Source: Spirochaetia bacterium (GTDB lineage Bacteria; Spirochaetota; Spirochaetia; WTKD01; G963693115). From it: 64,000 nt of DNA. Shown one piece after another: positions 1-10,821 of this stretch. Position 1 is the stretch's first letter. Each line of letters opens with the position of its first letter. The DNA is taken from contig CBDDCA010000006.1 of the NCBI GenBank assembly GCA_965226055.1, positions 192,001-256,000 on the forward strand, written 5' to 3'. The translations under genes were made by a program, and so were the position numbers. Below the pieces are notes generated by a model. The model was not told the origin of the DNA. It ran no database searches and saw nothing but the letters and a program-made list of their open reading frames with translations.

Positions 1-1296
1 ATTGGCAGTATGAAATCCTACATTTATAGGAGCAAGAGCAATGGGAATATAACGATATACACAAGCAAACACTAAGGCATATATGCCTCTACTTACAAAT
101 AATGTAAATACTGCTACAGAAGGAAAAAGAGTATCTATCCAATGGATAATACTGAGTATAAGTATAACAATAACAACACTTGGTACTGCATATCCTATCG
201 ATATAAGAGAAAAACTCGTTTTATATATACCTTTTCTCGTAAGTCTACTGGCATAACTTAAAAGCACACTAAGAGGTATTTGTATACACACCACTAGTAT
301 ACACAGCAGTACAGTATTTAATAAAGGAGGGACTACTTTTGCTATTATAAAGGGAGAAAAGAGTACTGGGGCTGCCCACACAAAAAGCTGAATAACAGGA
401 ATTACAAATCCTAGCATTACTGGTACTAAACAACATACCATAACAAAGATTCCTGTAGTAACAGGTAGCTGAGTAACACGTACTTGCATTGCTTTCATAG
501 TATGAAACGCATGTTGCTTCTTTTCAATATAATTCTTGCATAATAGAAGAAATATCATACATACTACCACAATCAATGACAGTATTTTAGCTATACTCAT
601 ATTTTGATAAAACAGGAGTACCCTTACTATTCCTGTTGATATAATCTCATACCCTAAGTATTGATAGGTCCACTGTTCATTTATAAGCTCCATAGCTACG
701 AGCAAAGAAACACTCATAATACTTGTAAAAGAAAGGGGTATTCCAAGGGTAATAAATAGATTACTCCGTTTCTTATTCATAATTTTTGCACTATCAATTA
801 AAGATTGTGGAAATTTAGTAAAAAAAATGTATTGTACAAGAAAAATAAACGGGTATACATTACAGGCAAGAACAAAGATAAGCACTACAAAAGAAGGCAA
901 CGATGCCATTGTTTTTCCTAGTAAGGTGGTAGCACCAAATACATGAGTCATAAACCCATCATAAGAAAACGCATTGCGCCATGTTATCGCTCCAATATAG
1001 GAAGGCACAAGCAACGGAAATACCTGCAAAAAAATGATACATGTACGTGCAGGAAAACGATACATAGCACAGAGCCATGCTATTACGCTGCCTAAAAAAA
1101 TTACGCTACTTAACACTAATACAAGTATAAACAGAGTATTACGAAAATAGCGAGGAAATACTTGTTTCCTTAGAAACGAGAATAGCTGTATATCAAAATC
1201 ACGGGTATCAATGAAAACAACTAATACAGGGATAAGCACTAAACAGGCTACTGAAAAAAGTAATAGTTTCCAAACAACATATGAATTACCTTTCAT
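1..1296 (-). CDS. Fe3+ ABC transporter permease (FbpB/FutB-like), runs off window start
   Basis: Manually read ORF from ATG at 1296 (MKGNSYVVWKLLLF...AWLCAMYRFPAR...PLLVPSYIGAITW); multi-TM; downstream of an iron-binding protein gene. Confidence 0.85.
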   Translation of the reverse strand, partial: MKGNSYVVWKLLLFSVACLVLIPVLVVFIDTRDFDIQLFSFLRKQVFPRYFRNTLFILVLVLSSVIFLGSVIAWLCAMYRFPARTCIIFLQVFPLLVPSYIGAITWRNAFSYDGFMTHVFGATTLLGKTMASLPSFVVLIFVLACNVYPFIFLVQYIFFTKFPQSLIDSAKIMNKKRSNLFITLGIPLSFTSIMSVSLLVAMELINEQWTYQYLGYEIISTGIVRVLLFYQNMSIAKILSLIVVVCMIFLLLCKNYIEKKQHAFHTMKAMQVRVTQLPVTTGIFVMVCCLVPVMLGFVIPVIQLFVWAAPVLFSPFIIAKVVPPLLNTVLLCILVVCIQIPLSVLLSYASRLTRKGIYKTSFSLISIGYAVPSVVIVILILSIIHWIDTLFPSVAVFTLFVSRGIYALVFACVYRYIPIALAPINVGFHTAN

Positions 1297-1353
1297 ATAT
1301 TATATAGTATAATCATTTTACTATTGCATAGTACACTATATGCATAATAACAA

Positions 1354-1385
1354 ATGTGCTACTAATACCTATATTAGTAGCACAT
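1354..1385. terminator. 14-bp perfect stem-loop between binding-protein and permease genes
   Basis: atgtgctactaata-ccta-tattagtagcacat. Confidence 0.6.
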
Positions 1386-1417
1386 ATATTACCATATATT
1401 ATAATAGACAGAAAAGA

Positions 1418-2485
1418 CTAATTCCATCCATTAGCATCTGCAATTTTTGCAGCTTCTCCAGAAAAGTCTTGGTATACATTCAAATCTGTCAACTGTGGAG
1501 AGAGTTTTAAGTCACCCCAAGAGCGTAATAGCTCAGATGCTTCTACATCATTTACCGCAGGATATTCCCCATTTTCATTTGTCAACTTACTTTGTGAGTT
1601 TTGTGCTAAATAATGACTAATAAATGCTTCTGCTGCTTCTCTATTTTTAGAGTATTTACCTATTGCCATTGCTGAAACATTTACATGAGTATTGTCAGGA
1701 AGAATTATCCCTATTCTTTCTCCTACTTTCCTATCTGCTTCTACATCTGATTGTAATAATAAGTGTACATAGTAGGTATTTACTAATGCTATTTCTCCTT
1801 CTCCTGCTATAATAGCACGCATTTGATCTCTGTCATTTCCCTGTGGCGTACGTGCTAAATGCTCTGAAAAGCCTCTTACCCATGTTGCTGCTTGCTGTTC
1901 TCCCAACATACTTATCATGTATGCAATAAATGCATTATTATAAGGATGTGTCGCACTTCGTGTCAATACAGAAGGAGCATCAGGCTGTGCTAACTCATTA
2001 TATGTTTGCAGCGGTGTATTACCAACTTTAGGCATCGAATTTTGCTTATCATATGCGATAGCTCTTGCTCGTACAGTAACAGCGACCCAATGAGAATCTC
2101 TATACAGAGGATCTACTCTATCCGCAATCATGTTACTTTCAGTAAAGCTGGAAATGTCAGCAAGCAAACCGCTATTTTTTGCTTGTGATACCTTTGTTAT
2201 TTCAGGGAGAAAGAGGATATCCATATCAGTATCCTGCCCTTCCTGTTCTAAACGAAGTACTAGCTCGTTTGCTTTCCCATCAATAACATTCACTTTGATG
2301 TTCGTTTTACTTGTAAACTCATCAAACAAAACATAATCTATATCATAATGTCTGCTAGTATAGACATTTACCACTTTTTGTGTGTCTGAATTTTTATCGG
2401 CATTTGAACTAGAATCGCTAGAACCTCCTGCCCATGCAAACACCACACTAGAAAATAAAAGAACAAAAAATACGAAATTTCGCAT
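1418..2485 (-). CDS. Fe3+ ABC transporter substrate-binding protein (FutA/FbpA family)
   Basis: VNVYTSRHY, GNDRDQ, VNTYY, HVNVS motifs; signal peptide. Confidence 0.9.
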   Translation of the reverse strand: MRNFVFFVLLFSSVVFAWAGGSSDSSSNADKNSDTQKVVNVYTSRHYDIDYVLFDEFTSKTNIKVNVIDGKANELVLRLEQEGQDTDMDILFLPEITKVSQAKNSGLLADISSFTESNMIADRVDPLYRDSHWVAVTVRARAIAYDKQNSMPKVGNTPLQTYNELAQPDAPSVLTRSATHPYNNAFIAYMISMLGEQQAATWVRGFSEHLARTPQGNDRDQMRAIIAGEGEIALVNTYYVHLLLQSDVEADRKVGERIGIILPDNTHVNVSAMAIGKYSKNREAAEAFISHYLAQNSQSKLTNENGEYPAVNDVEASELLRSWGDLKLSPQLTDLNVYQDFSGEAAKIADANGWN

Positions 2486-2877
2486 ATTAACCTCTCTTTT
2501 TTATTGTATTTTATCTTTATATTATATCAATTTTTATTAAGTGTCAATAAAAAATAAGCAAAAATTAAAAAAAAGTAAAATATTGCATATATAATTAGCA
2601 TTATTAGTGTTATTAAAGGAATACTACTTACATATACTACTATAAAGTTAATAAATAAACTAAAATATGTATTAAAATAATAATTTTAAGCATACCATGC
2701 ACGACTCTAAAAATCAATACGAGTAATGCAATCTTATGGATCCAAGAGACAATATTTCTATTGCTTTTTTATCTGTGCATTCAAGTATTACTGCAACAAA
2801 AGAGAAAAAAGAACAAAAAATACTACGCATAAGAACAGTTTGCCTCCCTTCTTATGCGTTTTTATGTACTGCGAATC

Positions 2878-3285
2878 TTATTTAGTCTTTTTGTATTCTC
2901 TAGAGAATCCATCTTTAAGCAGTACATTTTCTGTTATTGTATTATTCTGAGTTTTTGAAAATCGGACATTGAGTTTTTCATTTTTACATGTTCCTCTGAC
3001 TTCATATTTTGATAGGGTGCTGCTATCATCTGATATTTCAGTACAATCTTGCAACATATTTACTATAACTGCCTTATTGGGAACATCCGCAATCACATTG
3101 TCGTTTTTAAATTGTATGCGTATTGTTATTCTCTTAGTGCTATCATAGTGTTCCCATATTCCTTGTATCCATGTTGGCGGGCTGATCCCTTCTTTGGTAT
3201 TATTGGTACTTGCAGTACTGGTACTTGTTTGTTCACACCCTACTATAAATAACAGTAATGTAAAGAATAGATATACATATTTCAT
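2878..3285 (-). CDS. Small lipoprotein, unknown function
   Basis: Lipobox IVGC; PPTWIQGIW; GGAGG RBS. Confidence 0.75.
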   Translation of the reverse strand: MKYVYLFFTLLLFIVGCEQTSTSTASTNNTKEGISPPTWIQGIWEHYDSTKRITIRIQFKNDNVIADVPNKAVIVNMLQDCTEISDDSSTLSKYEVRGTCKNEKLNVRFSKTQNNTITENVLLKDGFSREYKKTK

Positions 3286-3310
3286 ATAATGCCTCCTTTT
3301 ATTTACTATG

Positions 3311-6300
3311 TTACTTATTTTTGAATAATATATCTACCTCTACTGACCTATCTGCTACTACTACGATAGTTGCATTATCTCCAAGTATTTTAGGATAAGT
3401 AACAGCACTGTGATTTTCAATAATATCCCTAATGAAATTATTCATATTTTTCCCTCCACTTATTTTTTGAGTTGGATGAACAGTAGGAATAGAATAGATA
3501 TTCTCTTTTGACAATCCATTTCTTTGGACAAGACAAAAAGGTGGAGAGGTGTAGGTATCCAATCCTAAATCAAATATGTAGGCATACGAATACCAAATAA
3601 CATTTCCTGAATAATCAAAACGCATGTTAGAATACTTATTTCTAAATTTCTGATAGAGATTTTTCTGGATAGTATGTTGTACATTGGTGCGATTTACTGT
3701 ATATTTTGCTTGATACTGTATGGCGTCATTGTCGCTATCATCGTCATCAGCATAGCATAGCGAAATAAGTTTCAATCTTGTAAAGACTTCCTGATGGATA
3801 TACATATCACTCATATTTTGAGTAGTATTGATCAAAGCAGTATCAGTATACGATTGAATGTCCTGTAATGCGGTAATAGTTACTGTAGCAGTTCGTTCAT
3901 CAGTAACAGAATCTGTTGAATAGTGTACTGATGAAACAAAAGTATCCTGTAGCATATCAGTATAATCTGCATCACGAAGATAATTACGAAACGGATCTTC
4001 TCCTGCACTATAGATTGTCGTTCCCCAAAATTTCCAAGACTTCATCAGTCTTACTAAATGAGAAACATATATATCAAACTGTATGGTATATCCATTGTTT
4101 TGTATAGCAAGCGTACCAAGTTTTACAGTGCTAGTGTTTTCTGTGGTAGTATGAAAATCATTATAGTCGACAGCTATATTTAACATATCGCCACTACGGG
4201 TTGCAGTAAATGTAGAGGGTCGTGTAGCCTCTTTTGTGAAAGTATAACTTTCTATGGCATCAGTATCAAAGTAAAGCTTAAGATCAGTGCTTTGTACAAA
4301 TGCTCGAAAGGTATCAGATTCTCGATACTGTGTTACGAGCACATAGGTATCAATACGTTTTCTTTCTATATCATAGGCAGGGATGTACTTACAACCCCCT
4401 TTTACGCGTTTTTTATATTTAGCAGTATACCCTGAAGGAAGAGTACCATCGTCATATATATCAAGACATATTTTGTTTGGCATGGGTAACTTTTTAGGAG
4501 TTACTGTTACTTGATTTGTTCCTATAGAATCTTTTGAACGTACGGTAAAGGTATGCGGAATAGTAGCATACTTATGTGCATTATCAACACTTCCTTCAGC
4601 AATAGTTTCAAAAGTAAACCGCAGAGGCTTTGCTATAAAATACTTATATTCTGCAGGTAAAAGATACAGCTCATAATTGTTTGTATCTTTTTTTTTTATT
4701 ATTTTATTAAAATGCGAGACATCTATACTGCTACTAAGAGATGTAGGCTTGAAATGACTAAAATACAATGATTTTATTTTTGCAATAGAATCATATGTCG
4801 TGGTTACTGTTACGGTATATGTTTTTGTATAAGTCCCGCTTTCGCTGGTTACGGTATACTGTATATCCTTTGACACATCAATAGGAGTTACTGCAATAGG
4901 AGTAACACTTGCTCCATCACTGAGCGTAATAGTGGGAATAAATATCGTACTTGCTTGATATGTATTATAGCGAACTGCAAAGGTAATGATCCCTTTTGTA
5001 TGATCAACGATTCCTTGTACATCACTTACTTCTTCTTTCATATGACTATTTTTTGTTTTTTCCAATACAAACGATTGTATTTGAGCTTCATTTGATTTTA
5101 TCAATGTTATTTGCACAGTATAGGTTTTGGTATTTCCATCAAAATCAGTTATGATGATTTGTTGACTCTGGTTCTCATCTAATGTAAGTCCTTTTGTAAG
5201 ATCAGGAACAAGTGTTTTATAATTTCCAAGCAAAGTAGGAATAAGTGCTAATTCCTTTTTTGTACTGTCATAAACTTTATTGTATATACTTGTAGGAAGA
5301 GCTATGGTGATAGTGTTGGTTTTTTGATCTACTACTCCCTTGTAGGCAAGAGGAAGCACAGGATTTTTTGCTACTTCAAATTCAAATGTTTGTATAACAG
5401 TACTATCTATACTGCTTGGGATATCCTCAGCAATACGAGTGCTTACTTTATAACTTTGACTGTAATCTCCTTTTTTTAAAGTATAAAAAATAGGCTTTCC
5501 AAAATCACGTTTTAGTCCAGTATCAGGAGTGAGTGTTCCTCCATGTACAGTAGTGATAGTAGGAACAAATTCTTTTGAAGTGCTTACTGTAGCTTGTTTT
5601 ACTAAGAGTACTATTTCGTTAGTGATGCTGTTGATAATACCCTCTATATCCTCACTTTCTACAATATGAGCATTGTTCTTTTTTTCAAAGATAAATGAAT
5701 TTATATAGGGTTGCTTAGCAGTGACAGAACGAGATTGTATAACTACTTGTACCTCATATATATGATCTACTCCATTTTTTGTGAGTGTATAGAATACAGG
5801 ATGTGTAAAATCTTTTGCTGTTCCACTTGCTATATTTGATGTTACTCCTTTTGGAAGCGTAAAGGTAGGCGTAAACACAGGGCTTGTGGCAAAGGTATCA
5901 GATTGAACTATCAGCGTTACTTTTTTTCTCGTGGTATCAACGATACCTATAGCATCACTGAGTTCTTGTTCTCCCATATGAACATTGTTTTTCTTTAAGA
6001 AACGAAATGTTTCAAAGGTAGCTATATTACTTCTCACAACAGAAGGAGCACTAATGACTACTTCGACACTGTATGCTACACTATTATTATTTTGTGTAAG
6101 TGTGTACAACACAGGCTGTGAAAAATTTTGTGGAGTATTATTTTTTTTATTTGATACCATATTTGATGGTAATACAAAGGTGGGAGTAAACACACTATTT
6201 GCATCAAAAGTGACTTGGCTTACTATGAGGAGTATTTTTTTATTAGTCGTATCAATAATGCCTTCTATATCGGTGGCTTCTGTAATATGAGCATTTTTGC

Positions 6301-7078
6301 TTTTTTCAAATGTAAAGCGAGTAAAAGAAATAATTGACTTATCCTGTATCTTAGGGATACTATCTTTTATGACTACGATGTCAGTGGTATAACTTATACT
6401 GTCATTTTCTTTTGATAAGTTATAGGTAATAGGAACCTTAAAATCTTGCAACACTTTTACTTTTGGCGTCACTTCTACTCCTTTTGGTACAGTAAAAGCA
6501 GGAACAAGCTGTGTTGTTTTTGTGAGAACACTGTGAGGTACTGGCAAAACAATACGATGCTGTGCAGTATCTATAATGCCAGTAATATCTTTTGTAAGCA
6601 CAGGATTATCTTTGCGAAAAAAAGCAAACGATGTAAATTGTAAGCCATCCTTGTGCAACAACAAGCCTTCTGATTGTATGACATATTCTACTGTATACAC
6701 TACCGTTTCACCATCACGGGTAAGAATAAATTTTTCATCTGTTATATCTATTTTTGTATTATTTTGAGGAACAACAATAACATCATTACCCACAGTAAAT
6801 TGCACTATATATTCGGTAGTTTTGCGTACTGATTCATGATCCATAATAAGCAAAATGCGCTTCTTATCTATATCAATAAGCCCTTTCACTGCTTTCTGTA
6901 ATGTACTGTTCTGCTCTTGAGGCAGCACAAAACTTTGAAATGCAAGAGGAGCAAGCTCAGGAACATCAGAGCCTGTACTTGATGAGCTTTCTGTATCTTC
7001 AAACATCTCAGAACAATCTAATGAGATGAAAGATACAAAAAGAACGCATGGAAATAGTAAAAAAAATATATGTTTCAT
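3311..7078 (-). CDS. Large surface protein/lipoprotein with about 7 tandem Ig-like (DUF5018-like) repeats
   Basis: Repeated ~100-aa unit SF.F.K..N...GIID..K.I.L.V...FTPT...DF..P..Y.L...Y.V; N-terminal hydrophobic signal with Cys. Confidence 0.75.
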   Translation of the reverse strand: MKHIFFLLFPCVLFVSFISLDCSEMFEDTESSSSTGSDVPELAPLAFQSFVLPQEQNSTLQKAVKGLIDIDKKRILLIMDHESVRKTTEYIVQFTVGNDVIVVPQNNTKIDITDEKFILTRDGETVVYTVEYVIQSEGLLLHKDGLQFTSFAFFRKDNPVLTKDITGIIDTAQHRIVLPVPHSVLTKTTQLVPAFTVPKGVEVTPKVKVLQDFKVPITYNLSKENDSISYTTDIVVIKDSIPKIQDKSIISFTRFTFEKSKNAHITEATDIEGIIDTTNKKILLIVSQVTFDANSVFTPTFVLPSNMVSNKKNNTPQNFSQPVLYTLTQNNNSVAYSVEVVISAPSVVRSNIATFETFRFLKKNNVHMGEQELSDAIGIVDTTRKKVTLIVQSDTFATSPVFTPTFTLPKGVTSNIASGTAKDFTHPVFYTLTKNGVDHIYEVQVVIQSRSVTAKQPYINSFIFEKKNNAHIVESEDIEGIINSITNEIVLLVKQATVSTSKEFVPTITTVHGGTLTPDTGLKRDFGKPIFYTLKKGDYSQSYKVSTRIAEDIPSSIDSTVIQTFEFEVAKNPVLPLAYKGVVDQKTNTITIALPTSIYNKVYDSTKKELALIPTLLGNYKTLVPDLTKGLTLDENQSQQIIITDFDGNTKTYTVQITLIKSNEAQIQSFVLEKTKNSHMKEEVSDVQGIVDHTKGIITFAVRYNTYQASTIFIPTITLSDGASVTPIAVTPIDVSKDIQYTVTSESGTYTKTYTVTVTTTYDSIAKIKSLYFSHFKPTSLSSSIDVSHFNKIIKKKDTNNYELYLLPAEYKYFIAKPLRFTFETIAEGSVDNAHKYATIPHTFTVRSKDSIGTNQVTVTPKKLPMPNKICLDIYDDGTLPSGYTAKYKKRVKGGCKYIPAYDIERKRIDTYVLVTQYRESDTFRAFVQSTDLKLYFDTDAIESYTFTKEATRPSTFTATRSGDMLNIAVDYNDFHTTTENTSTVKLGTLAIQNNGYTIQFDIYVSHLVRLMKSWKFWGTTIYSAGEDPFRNYLRDADYTDMLQDTFVSSVHYSTDSVTDERTATVTITALQDIQSYTDTALINTTQNMSDMYIHQEVFTRLKLISLCYADDDDSDNDAIQYQAKYTVNRTNVQHTIQKNLYQKFRNKYSNMRFDYSGNVIWYSYAYIFDLGLDTYTSPPFCLVQRNGLSKENIYSIPTVHPTQKISGGKNMNNFIRDIIENHSAVTYPKILGDNATIVVVADRSVEVDILFKNK

Positions 7079-7237
7079 TATGACCTCCGTATATATTATG
7101 CCTCTAAAGACTCAATACATTTCATATTGATTGAACAAAATAGCACATGTTTCATATTATCTTTTGTGATATACTATAAGAGTATTCAATAACAAGAATA
7201 TGGTATTTGTTATACTATACAGATAGGAGGATACATA

Positions 7238-7930
7238 ATGAAATTAAAAAACATATTTTTTGTACTTATGAGTACATCATTGTTTTTGTATTCGTGTTCA
7301 GTAGGAGACGCAAGCTCCTCTGTTACAAAAGACTGCATATCAACCCCTACAGTAGGAAGAGCCGAATATTCCATAACATTTAATGCTACATGGAGTAAAG
7401 CAAGCCATCCTAGAGAATTTCCATCAAATCCACATTTTTCTCCCATTGTAGGAATGGTGCATAATGATTCCACTTCTTTATTTGAGACAGGCACAAAAGC
7501 CAGTGCAGGAATAAAAAGCATGGCAGAAACAGGAAACGCATCTGCCCTTGTAGAAGAAATAAGCAAAAAAATAAAAGCAAAAACTGCCCAAGAATCTTTT
7601 ATAGGAAAAGGAATACCATCATCACCGGGAACAACGAGTATCATATGTTCAGTGCAACCCTCCTTTCCTCTTGTCAGTATAGCATCTATGATAGCCCCCA
7701 GTCCTGATTGGTTTGTAAGCGTAAGAAATGTAAATCTTTTTGAAAATGGAGCATGGGTAGACAGGAAAGAAGTGCATGTAAGAGTCTATGATGCAGGAAC
7801 CGAAGCAGGAAATACCTTTAAGTTTGATAATCCTTCTGAAGATGGAACTATACATAGAATTACTACAGCGCCATTAGCAACAAACGGAGTAATACCTTCT
7901 ATGGGAACATTTACCTTTGTCAAAAGATAA
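7238..7930 (+). CDS. Spondin_N domain lipoprotein
   Basis: HFSPIVG.VH, G..SMAETG, SMIAPSPDWFV, YDAGTE motifs; lipobox. Confidence 0.85.
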   Translation: MKLKNIFFVLMSTSLFLYSCSVGDASSSVTKDCISTPTVGRAEYSITFNATWSKASHPREFPSNPHFSPIVGMVHNDSTSLFETGTKASAGIKSMAETGNASALVEEISKKIKAKTAQESFIGKGIPSSPGTTSIICSVQPSFPLVSIASMIAPSPDWFVSVRNVNLFENGAWVDRKEVHVRVYDAGTEAGNTFKFDNPSEDGTIHRITTAPLATNGVIPSMGTFTFVKR

Positions 7931-8021
7931 GTACCCAAAAAAGATGAAATTTCAAGCAGGACAAAGGAGTAAAAAAGAGCAAAAAAAATAACAACAAACA
8001 TATTTATTTGTAGGAGGTAAT

Positions 8022-9029
8022 ATGAAAAAAATTAGTATACTTTTTTTATACACAATAACAGTATGCACTGTGGTATTTGCTGGGGGACAAGATGAGGGAA
8101 GCCCTACTGTATTCAAAATAGCTGCAGGACTCCCTGACACACATTTTGAAATTGCAGCACTTCGTCTCTTTGAACAATACATTGAAGAGAAAACAGAAAA
8201 TGCAATAGATGTACAGATCTTTCCTAACAATCAATTAGGAGATGACAAAGAGGCAATAGAACTTATACAGCAAGGGGTAGTGCAAATGAATCCTACAGGT
8301 ACTTCTGCACTCTCTAATTTTGAAAAAAGCTTTAATTTATTGTCCACTCCCTATCTTTTTAAGGGACAACAAGATGTTGACAGACTACTGGAAGGAAAAT
8401 TTGGACAAGAACTATTAAAAACACTAGAAGCATCAAATCTTATTGGCTTAGGTTTCGGAGTATTAGGATTCACCAATATTTCTAACAGCAGAGCCCCTAT
8501 TAACACAGTGGAAGACATAAAAGGACTAAAATTAAGAACCGTTCAGAATGCTTTTTTACTAGATTTTTTCAAAGCAGTCGGAGCTAACCCAGTCCCTATG
8601 TCATTTACAGAGCTATTTTCAGCTATGCAACAAGGAGTGGTAGATGGGCAGTTTAATCCCCTTACTACTATTCTCACTAATAACTTTCAAGAAGTACAAC
8701 CATATATTTCTCTTACAACTGATATAGCAGCACTCGTAGTGTTCACTATGAGTAAAAGTTATTTTGAAAGCCTTAGTACAGAATACCAACAATTTATACG
8801 TGAAGGTGTTGCTATTGCATCCGAACACATGAAAGAGCAATGGCAAAATCAAGAGCAAAATTCCTATGAAAAGTTAGTTGCAAGTGGAAAAACAAGTATA
8901 AACGAAGTATCAGATAACACAAAACAAGCGTTATTTCTAAAAGGATATGATGTGATAGAGAACTATGGAAATAAGAGCAATCCACAATTATTTTCATTGT
9001 TAAAAGAAGAAATGGGAATACAAGAGTAA
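8022..9029 (+). CDS. dctP: TRAP transporter substrate-binding protein DctP
   Basis: FPNNQLG, DIKGLKLRT, PMSFTELFSAMQQGVVDGQ.NP. Confidence 0.92.
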   Translation: MKKISILFLYTITVCTVVFAGGQDEGSPTVFKIAAGLPDTHFEIAALRLFEQYIEEKTENAIDVQIFPNNQLGDDKEAIELIQQGVVQMNPTGTSALSNFEKSFNLLSTPYLFKGQQDVDRLLEGKFGQELLKTLEASNLIGLGFGVLGFTNISNSRAPINTVEDIKGLKLRTVQNAFLLDFFKAVGANPVPMSFTELFSAMQQGVVDGQFNPLTTILTNNFQEVQPYISLTTDIAALVVFTMSKSYFESLSTEYQQFIREGVAIASEHMKEQWQNQEQNSYEKLVASGKTSINEVSDNTKQALFLKGYDVIENYGNKSNPQLFSLLKEEMGIQE

Positions 9030-9047
9030 TAGTTACTATATATTTAC

Positions 9048-9521
9048 ATGACAATAAAAAAGATAGATGATGTACTAGTAGTAATACTGCTTATCAATTT
9101 AACAGTTATCACTTTCTTGCAGGTTCTCTTCCGATTTGTATTTCAAGCGCCTCTTGATTGGTCAGAAGAAGTGTCTCGCTTTACTTTTATCTTTTTAGTA
9201 TATCTCGCTTCTACTATCACTATACGAGATAAAGTAACGATACGTATTGAGTTTATTGATACTTTCTTACAAAAGAGAAAACAGCTAGCATACATACATA
9301 ATATTTTTATCAATGGTATCTGTACCTTGTTTTTATTCTTTATGGCTTATCTGTGTATATCTTTAGTAAAGAACGCTTTTTTTGTAAAACAAGTATCTCC
9401 TGCATTAGGGCTTCCTATGTGGATACTCTATTTTCTCCAAGGAAGTTTGTTTGCATTAAGCGGAATACAGTATAGTATTATTCTTATGTCCACATTACAA
9501 AAAAAATCTACAAAGGCATAA
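9048..9521 (+). CDS. dctQ: TRAP small permease DctQ
   Basis: QVLFRF...WSEEVSRF; 4 TM. Confidence 0.9.
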   Translation: MTIKKIDDVLVVILLINLTVITFLQVLFRFVFQAPLDWSEEVSRFTFIFLVYLASTITIRDKVTIRIEFIDTFLQKRKQLAYIHNIFINGICTLFLFFMAYLCISLVKNAFFVKQVSPALGLPMWILYFLQGSLFALSGIQYSIILMSTLQKKSTKA

Positions 9522-9522
9522 T

Positions 9523-10806
9523 ATGATTCCGCTTATTATACTATTTTTGTTTATCATACTTACTATCATTGGGTTTCCTCTTGTATACGCATTGGGAATA
9601 GCAACAGTGATATATACTTTCATTGAAGGCATACCTCTTTCCATTGTAGTACAGACTGCTTTCACCAGCTTAGATAACTTTTCTTATGTAGCTGTGCCGT
9701 TATTTATATTTGTCGGTAACCTTATGGATACAGGCGGTCTCTCTAGGCGTTTGATACGATTTTCTACCAGCATACTCTTAAAGATACCAGGAAGTGTGGG
9801 AGCAATAACAGTACTTTCATGCACATTTTTTGGCGCTATCAGTGGTTCAGCAAGTGCTACTACCGCTGCTATAGGGGGAATGATGATTCCCGAAATGAAT
9901 AAAAAACAGTACCCTCCCGGATATTCAGGAGCATTAGCTGCCACAGCAGGAACTCTCGGAGCAATGATTCCTCCCTCTATTGTTATGATTATCTATGCAG
10001 TAGTTGCCGAAGTGTCTGTTACCGATATGTTTATAGCAGGATTTATCCCTGGAATTTTGATTGCTATTGCTTTAATAGTATTCAACATATTGTATGCTCT
10101 TATAAAAAAAATAGATATACCCCACACAAAAGAAAAGTTCTCTATAAAAAATATTACAAGTGCATTTTGGGATGCAAAGTGGGCTCTGTTATCTCCTGTC
10201 ATAATTCTTGGAGGCATCTACTCAGGAGTGTTTACTGCTACAGAAGCAGCGGTTATTGCTACTATATATTCAATACTCGTAGGAATGTTTATTCACAAAG
10301 AAATTACCATACACGATTGTAAGCACATACTCATCAAAACATGTAAAACTATAGGAAAGGTTATTATTATTGTACCATTTGCATCCACTCTTGCAAGACT
10401 GTTGACACTCAATCAAGTTCCTCAACAAATAGGAAATATGGTATTATCCATAACACAAAACCCGAGTATAATATTACTCATTGTAGTATTGCTGGTATTC
10501 CTATCAGGCATGTTTTTAGATGCTACACCAATTATTTTGATATACACTCCTTTATTTCTTCCTGTTCTCAAAAATATGGGAGTATCTCCTATTCATTTTG
10601 GTATAATTATAACTATGGGAGCAATGATAGGTGCAGTAACACCGCCAGTAGGAATAAATCTCTTTGTAGCACAAGGTATCGCAAAAGTGAGTTCATTAGA
10701 TATTATGAAACATGCAGTATTATTTATAGTAGTGTTCATACTACTGTATATTGTTATCACGTTAATCCCTTGGTTTTCTCTTGTATTATTATCATTTATG
10801 CGATAA
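9523..10806 (+). CDS. dctM: TRAP large permease DctM
   Basis: FGAISGS, MIPPS, TATEAA, TPPVG motifs. Confidence 0.93.
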   Translation: MIPLIILFLFIILTIIGFPLVYALGIATVIYTFIEGIPLSIVVQTAFTSLDNFSYVAVPLFIFVGNLMDTGGLSRRLIRFSTSILLKIPGSVGAITVLSCTFFGAISGSASATTAAIGGMMIPEMNKKQYPPGYSGALAATAGTLGAMIPPSIVMIIYAVVAEVSVTDMFIAGFIPGILIAIALIVFNILYALIKKIDIPHTKEKFSIKNITSAFWDAKWALLSPVIILGGIYSGVFTATEAAVIATIYSILVGMFIHKEITIHDCKHILIKTCKTIGKVIIIVPFASTLARLLTLNQVPQQIGNMVLSITQNPSIILLIVVLLVFLSGMFLDATPIILIYTPLFLPVLKNMGVSPIHFGIIITMGAMIGAVTPPVGINLFVAQGIAKVSSLDIMKHAVLFIVVFILLYIVITLIPWFSLVLLSFMR

Positions 10807-10821
10807 TACAAAAAGGAGCAT

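Noticed and set aside
2490-2700. Fur box upstream of the iron-binding protein
   Set aside because: AT-rich, with no convincing GATAATGATAATCATTATC match.
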